Assembly: GCA_965213685.1 (NCBI GenBank)
Contig: CBDBZY010000051.1
Location: forward strand, 192,001-256,000
DNA length: 64,000 nucleotides
Direction: 5' to 3'
Source: a bacterium
GTDB taxonomy: Bacteria > UBA8248
Positions 1 through 30,645 of the stretch are shown here, in pieces. A program made the translations under genes and the position numbers. Position 1 is the stretch's first letter, and every line of letters starts with the position of its first letter. Below the pieces are notes generated by a model, which was given only the letters and a program-made list of their open reading frames with translations, made no database searches and was not told where the DNA came from.

Positions 1-1
1 G

Positions 2-943
2 GCCCATTTCCACATCCCCCCGGCCTGGCTCAACAGCTCAGAGGTTGGTGTGGAGGCCTTCCAGGACCTGTTCTTCATTCTGGAGAACGAGTTTGACTGG
101 CCGATGCTCTCCAGTGCCACTGGGTACAAGAACTCCACCTGGAAGGACATCTCTGGGCCGGTCGACTCAGGCTACCTCCGGCTGCGGGAGATCAACCGCT
201 GCAATCACCGGGACTACCAGAACATTGCGGTGAACGGAGCAAGGTCCTCAGCCATGGCTGATACCATCGTCAAGAGCTTTGCCAGGAAGGGTATGAAGGA
301 CAATCCTGTCTTCTTGACTTTTGCACTTGTGGGCAATGATGTTTGCAACGGTCACCATGGCACCGCTCACATGACCACTCCGGCAGAGTTCTACGCCAAC
401 AACCTCAGGACGTTCCAGTACGTGGACTCCATTGTGGCCCCTGACTCGGTGCTCATTGCAATAGGGCTGGTGGATGGGCGGGTGCTGTATAACTCCATGC
501 ACAACCGCACCCACCCCATCGGCTCCCTGCACAATGATGTCAACTATTCGCAGTTCTATGACTACTTGAACTGCCTGGACGTGTCCCCCTGCTTCGGCTG
601 GCTGAACAGCAATGAGACGTGGCGTAACATCACCACTGAGCGGGCCATGGAACTCAACACAGCACTCAAGCAGCTCGTGGCAAATGTCACATTCAAGAAC
701 TTCAAGGCTTACTATTTTGACCCTCCTGTGAAGAAGGCATTTGAGCGGTGGGCGGAGCAGGGAGGCAAGCCCTGGCAGCTGATAGAGCCAGTGGATGGTT
801 TCCATCCCAACCAGGAGAGCAACTACCTCGACACCGTCATCACGTGGGAGCTGTTCCGCAACTACACTCCCGAGGTAATCCCTCCTGTTAACCCCTATAA
901 TGACCTTATCGTCAAACAGTTTGGAGACCAAGGAGGATATTAG
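2..943 (+). CDS. AOAH: Acyloxyacyl hydrolase (GDSL/SGNH lipase, LPS deacylase), 5'-truncated by window edge
   Basis: Open frame from base 2 (AHFHIPPAWL, the segment that follows the GDS motif in AOAH), LENEFDWP, NRCNHRDYQNIAVNGARS, GNDVC block, catalytic-type EPVDGFHP and terminal FGDQGGY. No intron in the visible part. Confidence 0.92.
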   Translation, partial: AHFHIPPAWLNSSEVGVEAFQDLFFILENEFDWPMLSSATGYKNSTWKDISGPVDSGYLRLREINRCNHRDYQNIAVNGARSSAMADTIVKSFARKGMKDNPVFLTFALVGNDVCNGHHGTAHMTTPAEFYANNLRTFQYVDSIVAPDSVLIAIGLVDGRVLYNSMHNRTHPIGSLHNDVNYSQFYDYLNCLDVSPCFGWLNSNETWRNITTERAMELNTALKQLVANVTFKNFKAYYFDPPVKKAFERWAEQGGKPWQLIEPVDGFHPNQESNYLDTVITWELFRNYTPEVIPPVNPYNDLIVKQFGDQGGY

Positions 944-1070
944 AGTTGTAGATTGTGTTTGATGTAAAATAACAAACTTGCAGGTATATCTAATTATACA
1001 TCAGCACATAAGTGTTGGCTACAAGTATTGTAATATTATTATGCGAATAAATAGAATGCTGTAACAGACA

Positions 1071-4728
<3,658 letters not shown>

Positions 4729-5250
4729 TCGGAAGGGACCGTGAATATAAGACGCTGCCTACCTCTGGTCGCTGTGCAGGACCAGCCCCTCCCACTCGTG
4801 TTGACGCGGTAGCTCATGGCGCTGCGCCGCCCAAAAAAAGGAGCAGACTGAACGAACAACTGTACGAACTTCGGAACGCTTCTGCGCTGCCTGCGCACTT
4901 GGCGCTTCTCCGCGATCCGGGCGTGGCTGTCTGCGAGACGCCCTTTCTTGACCTGTCACCTGCAGGTCTCTGGTGGGCGGGGCACGTCTGAGGAATGCGG
5001 CTCTGCAGCATAAACAAGATAATGTTATTCATGGTTTCCCTCTACTCTAATGAAGGGCTTTATTTAGAAAGGTGTGTGGAAGCTCTCTCTCCCAGTTCTC
5101 TAGAACAGTCGGTAATATAAGCTTGTTTTTAGTACTGCAAGAGCCTCTGTCTTCTGCGGCTCCTACGGAGATTATAAGGCAAGCGGCGGCAGGTTTGCAG
5201 CTGCCTCTGCAAACACATTATTGTGTCCATACCTTGCCAGGTCCTCTCGT

Positions 5251-6794
5251 ATGGACGTACTTGGCTGCTCGGGAGAGGAGTGCCAGATGAGACAGAGAGT
5301 GAAGAGAAAGAGATTAGACCACTTCGAGGAGTAGGTCTAAAATTTAGCGAGTGTTGTGTGTAGAAATTGAATCCTCTCCCTCCCTCCCTCCCACCCCCCC
5401 AGCTGTATGCCCCCCAAGCGCCAACTGACAGAGGAGGCAATGGCTGCCGTCATGGGGCAACTGAATCTCAGTGCAGCTCCTCCCCTCAATATCACAGCTG
5501 TCTCTTCTTGCCCCTCCACGCTCTCAGAACTTAGCTCAGACCCTAATGAGGAGTCAGTTAGAGGGGCACCCTCATCAGTGGCTTCCAGCAGTACAGGGAA
5601 TGGCTATATTGCTCACACCAGGAGCAGCAAAGGACTCTCTCCCCCCAGAACAGGCAGGCCTCCAAAGCCAGCCACATCTCAAGTGGTGGATGGGTTGGAT
5701 CTCGCCTGTGAGATGAGACTGCCTCCTCACCTGACCAACGTACGCATCAGGTTAGTAGAGCCGGTTTAACAGGCTGAACAGCACTTGATCTAAACAGTAA
5801 TTGCAGGGTCACCCCAGCCACTCCCCCTTCCTCGGAGTCCAGTGTCTCTCCTGCTGAGGAGAGTGAGCCGATGGAACAGGCACCAGAGCCCTCCTCCCTC
5901 CACCGCCCCCGGGGGAAGGACTGGGACGTCATACTGGAGGACATCAGTTCAGACAGCAGCGATGGGCCAGACAGTTCCTCTGAAATGTGAGGGGATGACT
6001 CCCTCCCACCTCACCTTCCTACCTCCCCATCCCCCCACCTCCTCCCTCCTTCCCTCTCCACCTCCCCACCTCCCCCCTCCTTCCCCCATCTCCCTATCTC
6101 TTTCCCTTTCCACCTCCTTACTCCTTTTCCCTTTTCTCTTCCCTTTGTTCCTCTGAAGATCACAGCAGGTGTGGCTTGCTCCAGAACTCAAAACTCTAAC
6201 AGCTGCTCGTAAGAACCTCCTCCTTCCCTCCATACTGGATGAGATGTGAGCAACCACTGTACATGTAGTGCTGTATCTGTAGTGGCACTTCGTTTCCTCT
6301 CTCCCTCTCCCCCCTCCCTCTCCTCCCTCCCTCCCTCCCTCCCTCCCTCCCTCTCCATGCAGCAACAAGAAGGAAATGGCATTGATTCCGTGGGTGGAGC
6401 CTGAGAGGCGTTTCCATGACATTGTCACGAGGAGCCAGGTTAGCTCCAGCTTCACTGTACAGTGCTATGTAGAATGTCACTCAAGTCCTTGTATATTTAC
6501 AATATCGTACATACCTTGGTACAGATGACTTGTGTGGAAGAGTCTGCCAGTGACTCTGAAGAGTAAGTTCATTGTTGATGTGTGCTGAGTTGTGCACATG
6601 TGCCCCATCATGTGACCGATCACATGACCACATATCTGAATGTGCCCTGTCATGTGACTGGTCACATTACCAGGACATGTGCAGGTCATGTGTGAGTCAC
6701 ATGACAACCATTGACATGGAGTCCTTGCCTCCTCCCTCCATCATGCAGGTCACAGGAAGAGAAGCCCTGGGACTGTAGAATGCACACAGACTGA
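5251..6794 (+). CDS. HCFC1R1(HPIP)/CCDC117-like small nuclear protein; about 7 exons, model tentative
   Basis: Phase-consistent splicing gives MDVLG...RVKRKRLDHFED|CMPPKRQLTEEAMAAVMGQLNLS...LLPSILDEI|NKKEMALIPWVEP...MHTD*. The K-x-L-[ST]EExM...QLxL and M-x-L-x-x-W-x-P motifs resemble HCFC1R1/CCDC117. Confidence 0.5.
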
Positions 6795-7136
6795 CATGTT
6801 CACTTCAGCTCATTCTCCCACCAGCTCTCCCTCTCCCTCTCTCCCACCAGCTCTCCCTCTCCCTCTCCCTCCCTCTCCTACTTCCTGCTGCCTCCACCCG
6901 TGATTTAATTGCTGTTCATATCACACTCTTCCTTCATGGCTGAATCTCATTAGCTGTGCAAATCACTTTATCTCCTTCAATCAATTTATTTGGGTAACTT
7001 TAACTGTTACAGTGTACAGTACAAGTGGCAGTGGTGGTGTACTGCAGAGTGGAGTGAGGTGTATAGAAATGAGTCAGCTATCAAAGGGAATGTGTCAGTG
7101 TCAGTGTCTCTATTCCAGGCCATAGTACTTGAGGCT

Positions 7137-11367
<4,231 letters not shown>

Positions 11368-11496
11368 TTCACATCCGACCACGTGTGTAAACCTCTGGAG
11401 TCACATGATCCTATTAGCCACGCCCATCAGCAAGAAAAGTACGACCTGCACACTCTGTCTTCCCCTCTCTCGTTCTCTCTCACACGCAGTCCAGCC

Positions 11497-11904
11497 ATGT
11501 TGTCTCGAATGGTGAGAGAACACCAGGAGAGGCAGGCCATCCTCAGGGAGGAGCAGGACAGGAAGAGGAAGGCTGCCTTGCTCTCGGTGCAGAAGTGCAC
11601 CCACGCCATGGTGGACTCCCTCAACAGCGGGGTGGAGAAAGCCTACGAGAACCAGCGGAAGCTGGACCGCGAGGCCAAGGCACTGCAGGCCCACTCCACC
11701 CGCTACGTGAAGCAGACAACTCAGTGGCTGTCGCTTGTTGAGGGCTTCCACAAGAGCCTGAAGAGTCTGGGGGACCTGGAGCAGTGGGCCAGGACCATCG
11801 ATGCAGACATGAAAGTGGTTGTGGACACTCTGGAGTATGCCTACTGCGGCTCTGGGGAGGTGCACGTCTTCCATGAGAGAGGAACGCCCCCACCACCTGA
11901 ATAG
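11497..11904 (+). CDS. BLOC1S1: BLOC-1 subunit 1 (BLOS1/GCN5L1), single coding exon
   Basis: MLSRMVREHQ...VDSLNSGVEKAYENQRKLDREAKAL...LKSLGDLEQWARTIDADM...LEYAY matches the GCN5L1 family pattern. Confidence 0.93.
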   Translation: MLSRMVREHQERQAILREEQDRKRKAALLSVQKCTHAMVDSLNSGVEKAYENQRKLDREAKALQAHSTRYVKQTTQWLSLVEGFHKSLKSLGDLEQWARTIDADMKVVVDTLEYAYCGSGEVHVFHERGTPPPPE

Positions 11905-12180
11905 CACCACTGCTGTTAATATGCACTGTGTGTGTGTGTGTGTGTGTGCACTGTCTGTGATGTACTTGCACAACACTGCAGCATGACAATCACCACTTGA
12001 CTGCCCCAAGTTGTGTGGCAAAGAAATGCAATACCAAAGAAAGAGGGCATCATGACAGACAATACTATGAGCTGGGGAGGGAGGGGGGAGGAGGTCATCA
12101 TGACATTACACTGTTAAGAGAACCGGGTTGCCGTGTGCAGACCAGAGTACAGTATCCTGTACAGCCCATCCAGTCTGGTG

Positions 12181-13374
12181 CTAGCTGCAGCTCTGCTCTG
12201 CTAGCAATGCCTGCTTCAGTCTGGAGCAGTCCTCCCTCAGTCTCTCATCGCCAGGCAGCAGCTCAGCGGCAGCCTCGTAGTCCTGTACTGCCAGGTCCAC
12301 CCTACCGGTCTGGGCATAGGCCGAGCCTCTTCGTGCAAACACTTTAGCTCGAGAGGCATGGTTGGAGGGCACGACGGGGAAGTAGAGCTCCAGAGCCCGG
12401 CAGCAGTCACTGACACACTTCTCCAGCTCACCCATGGCCAGGAAGCACGCTGCCCTGTTGGAGAACAGCTGGGGGAGGTTAGGGTTGAGGCAGATGCCTT
12501 CAGAGAAGGCATTCACTGCTGCGTCATAGTTCTTAGCCCGGAAGAACCCCACCCCCCTGTCCTTCAGGAACTCTGGGTTTCTCTCGTTGATATCTCCCTC
12601 TTCGTTCTTCTTCGGCTGAGTGATTCTCCGTGCAGCTGCCTGCTTGGCCAGCCACTCCTGTTCCTCTGCCTCCCGTGACTCTCTTGCGGCAGTCGGGAAT
12701 GCTCGGGGTGTGAAGTGTACGGGAATGTTTCCTCCCTCGCGGGGAGGAGGTTTTGCCTTTTTGGTCTTCTCTTTCCAAATAGCCGATGTGTCTCTGCCAT
12801 CATTCCTTGAACCATTCTCCCTGCCACCTCTTGCGGTGACAGTTGCCTGCTTCTTCTGCTGGGCCTTTGCTTTTTTCTCCTCCTTCCATCGCTGCAGCTC
12901 TCTCTCTGCCCGGTCCCTCTCGTCCTGCTTCTCCCTCTCGATCCTCTCCCTCTGCTCCTGCTCCAGCTTCATCTGCTGCCGAATGGCAAACTGCTCCTCC
13001 TCCCTCTTCTTCTTGGCCTTACGCTCTGCCTCCTCCTGTGCAGTTCTCTGGACCTTCTCCACAGCCTCAGACCTCCTCTCCCCCAACACCAGCTTGTCCT
13101 CAGACTCCTCGGAGGCCAGCCTGCCCCACACACCGGGCTCCTTCTTGACCAGTCGGAACTTTATAACGCCGTCACCTACTCTGGCCGCGCACTGCTCCTC
13201 CACCACCTCCGCGTGCAGGTGAACCTCGAAGAGGTATGGAGGGTAGTTCACTTTGATGTAGCGCTCTGTGGAGAGGATGTCCACCTTGCTCCGCTTTACT
13301 GCCTTCAGCGGCAGCACAATGTCCACCTCTGCCTCCGTCTCCCTCCACGTGTAGTCCTTCACTGCTATGGGCAT
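12181..13374 (-). CDS. DNAAF4: Dynein axonemal assembly factor 4 (DYX1C1): CS/p23 domain, charged coiled coil, 3 TPR; intronless
   Basis: MPIAVKDYTWRETE..LPLK..YIKVNYPPYLFE, FTPRAFPTAARES, EQEWL, ERNPEFLKDRG..F..NY..A, FSNRAAC, ARRGSA. Confidence 0.95.
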   Translation of the reverse strand: MPIAVKDYTWRETEAEVDIVLPLKAVKRSKVDILSTERYIKVNYPPYLFEVHLHAEVVEEQCAARVGDGVIKFRLVKKEPGVWGRLASEESEDKLVLGERRSEAVEKVQRTAQEEAERKAKKKREEEQFAIRQQMKLEQEQRERIEREKQDERDRAERELQRWKEEKKAKAQQKKQATVTARGGRENGSRNDGRDTSAIWKEKTKKAKPPPREGGNIPVHFTPRAFPTAARESREAEEQEWLAKQAAARRITQPKKNEEGDINERNPEFLKDRGVGFFRAKNYDAAVNAFSEGICLNPNLPQLFSNRAACFLAMGELEKCVSDCCRALELYFPVVPSNHASRAKVFARRGSAYAQTGRVDLAVQDYEAAAELLPGDERLREDCSRLKQALLAEQSCS

Positions 13375-13442
13375 TCTCTTCCCCCTTAAGCGAGTTAGAT
13401 GAGCATTATTTAGAAGTGGTGGGGTCGAAGGTCAGTTACAAC

Positions 13443-15917
<2,475 letters not shown>

Positions 15918-16452
15918 TGTGTGTGTGTGCTGTCTGTTTTGTGTCAATCAATTTTGTTCCATACACAGCCACTAAATTCAAATTCCTCAGATGATAATCA
16001 TTTCACTGCTCACTGGCCTCCCCCACCTCTTTCTCCTCACTACTGCCAGTGGCTGGCATGGCAGCTGCCCACAAGAGGGGCTCAGGGTGGAGGCAGCCAA
16101 GTGCCTTCGATATAAAGCATTGCCATATATGGTAAAAATACCTGTGACCACAAGGAATGTGAACCCTAAGTACCCTCAGCTCAGAATCCAAATGCAGTCT
16201 TTCCTCTGAGCAAGGCACACCAAACATGCTGGCATGTTGGACTACATGGACACACACAGCAACACCTGCACAGGTTTCAGCAGAACACAGCCATTTAGCC
16301 AAACAGTATGAGATATTACGTACAAAACTACATGTCCATACACCGTCATGCTGTATGATTCAATTGAAAACTAGAAAGACATCTAAAAAAGGTTTGATAC
16401 AAAAATAGCAGTCGAGTACACTGACTGGTTGGCGTGCAGTTCCCAAGGGCTC

Positions 16453-18429
16453 TCAGTTGGTCACCTTGATGGAGAATGGGCTGTCGTGGATCTCGCTGGC
16501 TGGGTCCTCCGTGTTCTCCCCCCACAGTAGGTGGAGCTTGTAGTCGCCGGGGTCCTTGGGGACGAAGGAGACGAGCATTGTGCCGTCCTGGTTGTTGGAG
16601 AGCTCCAGGGCTCCCTTGCTGGGGCCCTCCAGCTTGGCTCTGAGGGGGCCTGGCCCGGCACCCTCGTGAGGCACCACAGTGATGGTTCCCAGCTGGTTAC
16701 ACTTCATCCCTTCTGGGCCCAGAGCCTCTCCAGACGCAAAGACCAGTTGCGGGTTGCGCACAGCTGAGCCAGAGACTGTGGCGGAGTAGGGGCTGCCTGT
16801 GATGTGTTTGTCTGCCCAGAACACCTCGATCTTGTAGTCGCCAGGGGCAACGGGGTGGTAGGTCACTGTCATCGTGTTGTCCTGGTTGTTGGTGATCTCA
16901 ATTGGCTTGGGTGGGTGTGGCCCTGAGACTGACACGGAGAGAGAGCCTGGGCCAGCGTCTTCTGGTACATCCACTGTGAATGTGGCTGGCTGACCGACAG
17001 TGCCACCCTCAACCCCTGGCCCGTGGGCAACACAGAGGAGGGGGTTGATTGCTCTCCCCTCTCCTGTGATGGTGAAAGTGTGTGGGCTCATGGGCAGCTC
17101 CTCCTCCCCCCACTTCAGTATGAGCTGGTAGTCCCCGGGGTCATGGCAGGTGTAGCCAATCTCCACTCCCTCCTCGCTCGAGTCATCAGCAACGATGGTG
17201 GGCTTGGACGGACCAACAATCTTAACCCCTAGTGGCCCGGGCCCTGCCCCGGCCTCCCCTTCAACAAAGAACTTGAGATTTTCTCCGACGTTTCCCCCCT
17301 TCAGCCCCTCTCCTGTGACCTTCACCTTGGTGGGGTCGTTGAAGACTTCTCCTGTGATGGGGATGGTGAAGGGGCTGCCGTGAACATGTGCGTCTCCCCA
17401 CAGCACTCTGAGCTGGTAGTCTCCAGGGGCGGACGGGTTGTACACCACATCCACACATTTGTCCTCCTCGTTCTCCGTCATTTCCACAGGTTCGGCCTTG
17501 GACGGCCCCAGGATGTGGATCCGCAGACGAGCGTACCCAGCATCATCCTTGGTCCTGATCTTGAAGCGGCACGGCTCTGTGGTTGTCCCGGACACCAGAC
17601 CTGGGCCTGACGCAGAGCACTTGTCTGTGTAGGCTGCAAACTGTACGTTAGCCTTGAACGGGCTCCCGGGGATATGGTCTCCTCTGACCTTCACGCTCAC
17701 CGCGTGCTCCCCCGCCATGGTCGGCAGGTACGAGCAGGAGAACTGCCCGTTCCCGTGAGAGGTGACGTCCACGGGCTTGGTTCCCGTGGGGCCCAACACG
17801 CTCACCTCCAGCTCGTCCTCGTCCACGTCGTGGGGGCAGGAGACCTGGAAGTCGCCGTAGCAGTTCACCTCGAACGTCTCCAAGCCAGGCCCGAACGCCA
17901 CCAGCGCCACGGGCTGCTGCTCCTCTATCTTGGGGGGCTTGGCCGGCGGCACCTTGGCAGCTGGCGGAGCAGCGGGTGGCGGGGACGGCTTGACGGGAGC
18001 TTGCGTCGAGGGAGCGGGTGGCGGGGACGGCTTGGCCGGTATGGGAGCGGGTGAGGCGCTCTTTTTCTTCACCTGCATGGTGTAGGAGCTGACGTGGACG
18101 TTGCGTTTAGGCTTGGGCGCCACGGGAGGCGGCGGGCCTTTCTTCTTATCCGACGTCTTGCCGGCGAAGCTGATGACGGAATCGAAGATATCATCGATCT
18201 CTTTCTGCGCGTCCTTGACGTCCTTCGTCTTGAGCTTGACTCCGGCGCCAGAGGAAGAGGAAGAGGGAGGCGGTGGAGGAGGAGGGGGTGCTGGAGCGCC
18301 CGGAGGAGGAGGAGGCGGCGGCGGTGCTCCGCCGACAGAAACAGTCACAGAGACACCAGCTCCGCTCCCGCCGTCTTCCGTTATCCCCAGCTCGGCAAAG
18401 AGCCTGTCCGTCTCCGAGTCGATGTTCAT
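16453..18429 (-). CDS. Proline-rich protein with five filamin (ABP280) Ig-like repeats and no actin-binding CH domains; intronless
   Basis: ATG of MNIDSETD at 18429; five repeats starting AFGPGL / ASGPGL / VTGEGL / AHGPGV / ASGEAL, each with Y-x-P-x-x-P-G-x-Y and HIxGSPF-like ends. Confidence 0.88.
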   Translation of the reverse strand: MNIDSETDRLFAELGITEDGGSGAGVSVTVSVGGAPPPPPPPPGAPAPPPPPPPPSSSSSGAGVKLKTKDVKDAQKEIDDIFDSVISFAGKTSDKKKGPPPPVAPKPKRNVHVSSYTMQVKKKSASPAPIPAKPSPPPAPSTQAPVKPSPPPAAPPAAKVPPAKPPKIEEQQPVALVAFGPGLETFEVNCYGDFQVSCPHDVDEDELEVSVLGPTGTKPVDVTSHGNGQFSCSYLPTMAGEHAVSVKVRGDHIPGSPFKANVQFAAYTDKCSASGPGLVSGTTTEPCRFKIRTKDDAGYARLRIHILGPSKAEPVEMTENEEDKCVDVVYNPSAPGDYQLRVLWGDAHVHGSPFTIPITGEVFNDPTKVKVTGEGLKGGNVGENLKFFVEGEAGAGPGPLGVKIVGPSKPTIVADDSSEEGVEIGYTCHDPGDYQLILKWGEEELPMSPHTFTITGEGRAINPLLCVAHGPGVEGGTVGQPATFTVDVPEDAGPGSLSVSVSGPHPPKPIEITNNQDNTMTVTYHPVAPGDYKIEVFWADKHITGSPYSATVSGSAVRNPQLVFASGEALGPEGMKCNQLGTITVVPHEGAGPGPLRAKLEGPSKGALELSNNQDGTMLVSFVPKDPGDYKLHLLWGENTEDPASEIHDSPFSIKVTN

Positions 18430-18718
18430 GGCTGGTCGAGTAGGTGGAGAATTCGTGGAGAAGCACCCAATGTACGAAGCCCAAGAAAGCTTGACCGTGG
18501 CGTGCACTAAGAGTGAGGTGCCAGCAATGTACAGCTGGCTACGTATAAATCCGGACGGAACGTCACTTCCTGTTCCGCACCAGACAGGAAGTCGCAAGGC
18601 ACTAATAACCGTTAACCAATAATGGGAAAAATAGAGATTCAATCATGGGTGAAGAGAAAATACGGAGATAAGATAAGAAATGTGGACGGAGAGATGATGA
18701 AAAATGCATAAACAGTGG

Positions 18719-24119
<5,401 letters not shown>

Positions 24120-24575
24120 TGGACAAGCCCGTCTCTCGTTCCTTGGTATCAGACAAAAGGCGCCGACGAAATGTCGCAGTCTGCACAGACACTTCCGCAC
24201 TCAACTGCACTGCCGTCACGCCGGTAAGGAGGCTCGGGGCGGTCTCCTTTGCGTCGGGCAGGCTCGCGTCTGAGAGCACTGGAGCTTTTATTGATACCGG
24301 TAGTGATCGAAGCAGGTGTCTTTGACGCCGCTCACGACATGGTGAGCAGGACAACACTCTTGGGAGGCTGAGTAGAGGGTTGCTAAGTGCACAGATTGTC
24401 TTCGCTCCAGGTGAGCGGTGGCTGGTTTCTCGAGTTTCGTCTCACTAAGTGCCCCAGTACTGCTGTTCTGAGATTAAATACTCACTTAGCTACGTCTAGT
24501 AGAGTCTCTTGGTTGTAGAAACTTTGGAACGCCTCAAGGGCTCCTACGCCATTCATACACTATGGCGCTTCTCTG

Positions 24576-24625
24576 CGGCGGCCATCTTGATTCAAAAAAT
24601 GCGGTAAACGTCAATAATGACGTCA
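24576..24625. promoter_or_regulatory. YY1-like motif and palindromic CRE in the divergent PHF12/UNC119 promoter
   Basis: GCGGCCATCTTG (~24578-24589) and TGACGTCA (24618-24625) in a CpG-rich intergenic segment. Confidence 0.4.
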
Positions 24626-24715
24626 TCAAATTACCGGTACTAGTACTTGAGAGAATCTGCGCTCGCTGTCACATGTTGAGCTTTTAAAAGTTGTTATGCA
24701 GGTCTGTTGTAGGAG

Positions 24716-25864
24716 ATGAGCCAGAAAACTACCTCGGGAGGGAAAGAAGGCCACAAGGTCAATGCGGTAGGAGGCAGGGCGGGAGGCGCTAAGGTCAAAA
24801 GCCAATCGCGGCAGGCCCCCAAAAAAACAATGGCGAGAGTGACAGAGGCAGATCTGCGGCGCCAGCAAAATATCAGCCCGGAGGATGTCCTGCGCTTGGA
24901 CAGAGCTACAGAAGGTAAGGGACTCGTTTGTTCTCTCCCAATGTGTATTTGCGTAGCTAAGGGGCGGGGCCATCTCTCCGCAGGCTACCTCTGCGCGCCC
25001 GACGCCAACGTCTACAGCATTGAGTTCGTACGATTCAAGATCCGTGACCTGGACACGGGAACAGATTTATTTGAAGTCACGAAGGCAGAGGATGAGGAGG
25101 AGGAGGAGAATGAGCAGAAAGCAAGGGTGGAGGAGGGTGGGATGCACCTGCAGAGGGAGCCCGCCCGATATGTCAAGTACCAGTTCCCTCCTCAGTTCCT
25201 GAAGCTGAAGAGAATTGGAGCCCTGTAAGTAGCTTCCTTAGCATGTTGTTGCTGTATGGTGGTATGGTATTGCAGCCTTAGAAGTGTGGCAACCTTGCCT
25301 GGGGTTCTGGCCCTACAGAGTGGAGTTCACTGTTGGAGACCAGGAGGTGCGTAACTTCAGGATGGTAGAGAGACACTTCTTCAGGAACAAGCTGATGAAG
25401 ACTTTTGATTTTGACTTTGGATTCTGCATGCCCAACAGCCGCAACACGTGTGAGCACATCTATGAGATGCCTGACATCAGCCCCGAGGAGGGTGAGGAAA
25501 TGGCTGCCATTGTTACCATACATCACTGTCATAGTTAAGAGCCCTCATGGATGGGGTGGCCTATCTGTTCAGAATACAGCACTAGAGTTGGCTGAATGCA
25601 TTGGCAGGTGTTTATATATACTCTCATGGATAATCACAGGGCAATAGATGAGATTACACATTACATGCAGTGACCAGACCATACACAGTGTGAATGCTTT
25701 GATGTGGCTGTGCTCATGTTGTAATATGCATTGCTCATTCATGGCCCACAGAACTGGAGCTGATCAAACACCCTTATGAGACCAAGTCAGACAGCTTCTA
25801 CTTCGTAGAGAACAAACTGATCATGCATAACAAGGCAGACTATGCCTACAATGCTGCTATGTAG
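24716..25864 (+). CDS. UNC119: Protein unc-119 homolog (myristoyl-binding ciliary chaperone); 4 exons
   Basis: [101 protein letters not shown]. Confidence 0.96.
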
Positions 25865-25978
25865 CTACATCCACCATGTACCAGCCACTCCGTTTGTTAT
25901 GTATGCATAATTATGACAGTACACAGCCACAAAACAGGGCTGCAAATAGAGAGGACGAGAAAAGGACAAGTGACTAGT

Positions 25979-26027
<49 letters not shown>

Positions 26028-26032
26028 GTCCA

Positions 26033-30367
<4,335 letters not shown>

Positions 30368-30645
30368 ATTGTTACCAACTTGTTCACACAACCCTTTGGT
30401 CTGTCGAGGGTAAAGGACGTGCGTGAGACCGTGCACCAGGCCAGAGGAGCTGTGCTGCGGATTTTGAAAATTCAAAATTTTCGCAATCCCGCCAATTCTG
30501 AAACGGAAATTCGTAAAATCTCCGGATATCATCCTCGAAGTGTGGCGGCCCACCCTGCTTTCTAGCCTCCTACAGCAACTGCCTTTCTCATAAGCTTAGC
30601 AACACGGAGGAGAGTCCTACCTGGAAAGAGGGAAGGGAAGACAAC

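Noticed and set aside
248-931. Long antisense ORFs over AOAH, BLOC1S1, DNAAF4, SFSWAP and others
   Set aside because: Expected shadows of GC3-rich coding sequence; no recognisable motifs.
18430-18642. N-terminal extension of the 729-aa filamin ORF in the ORF track
   Set aside because: It starts at a non-ATG codon in promoter-like sequence; the first good-context ATG is at 18429.
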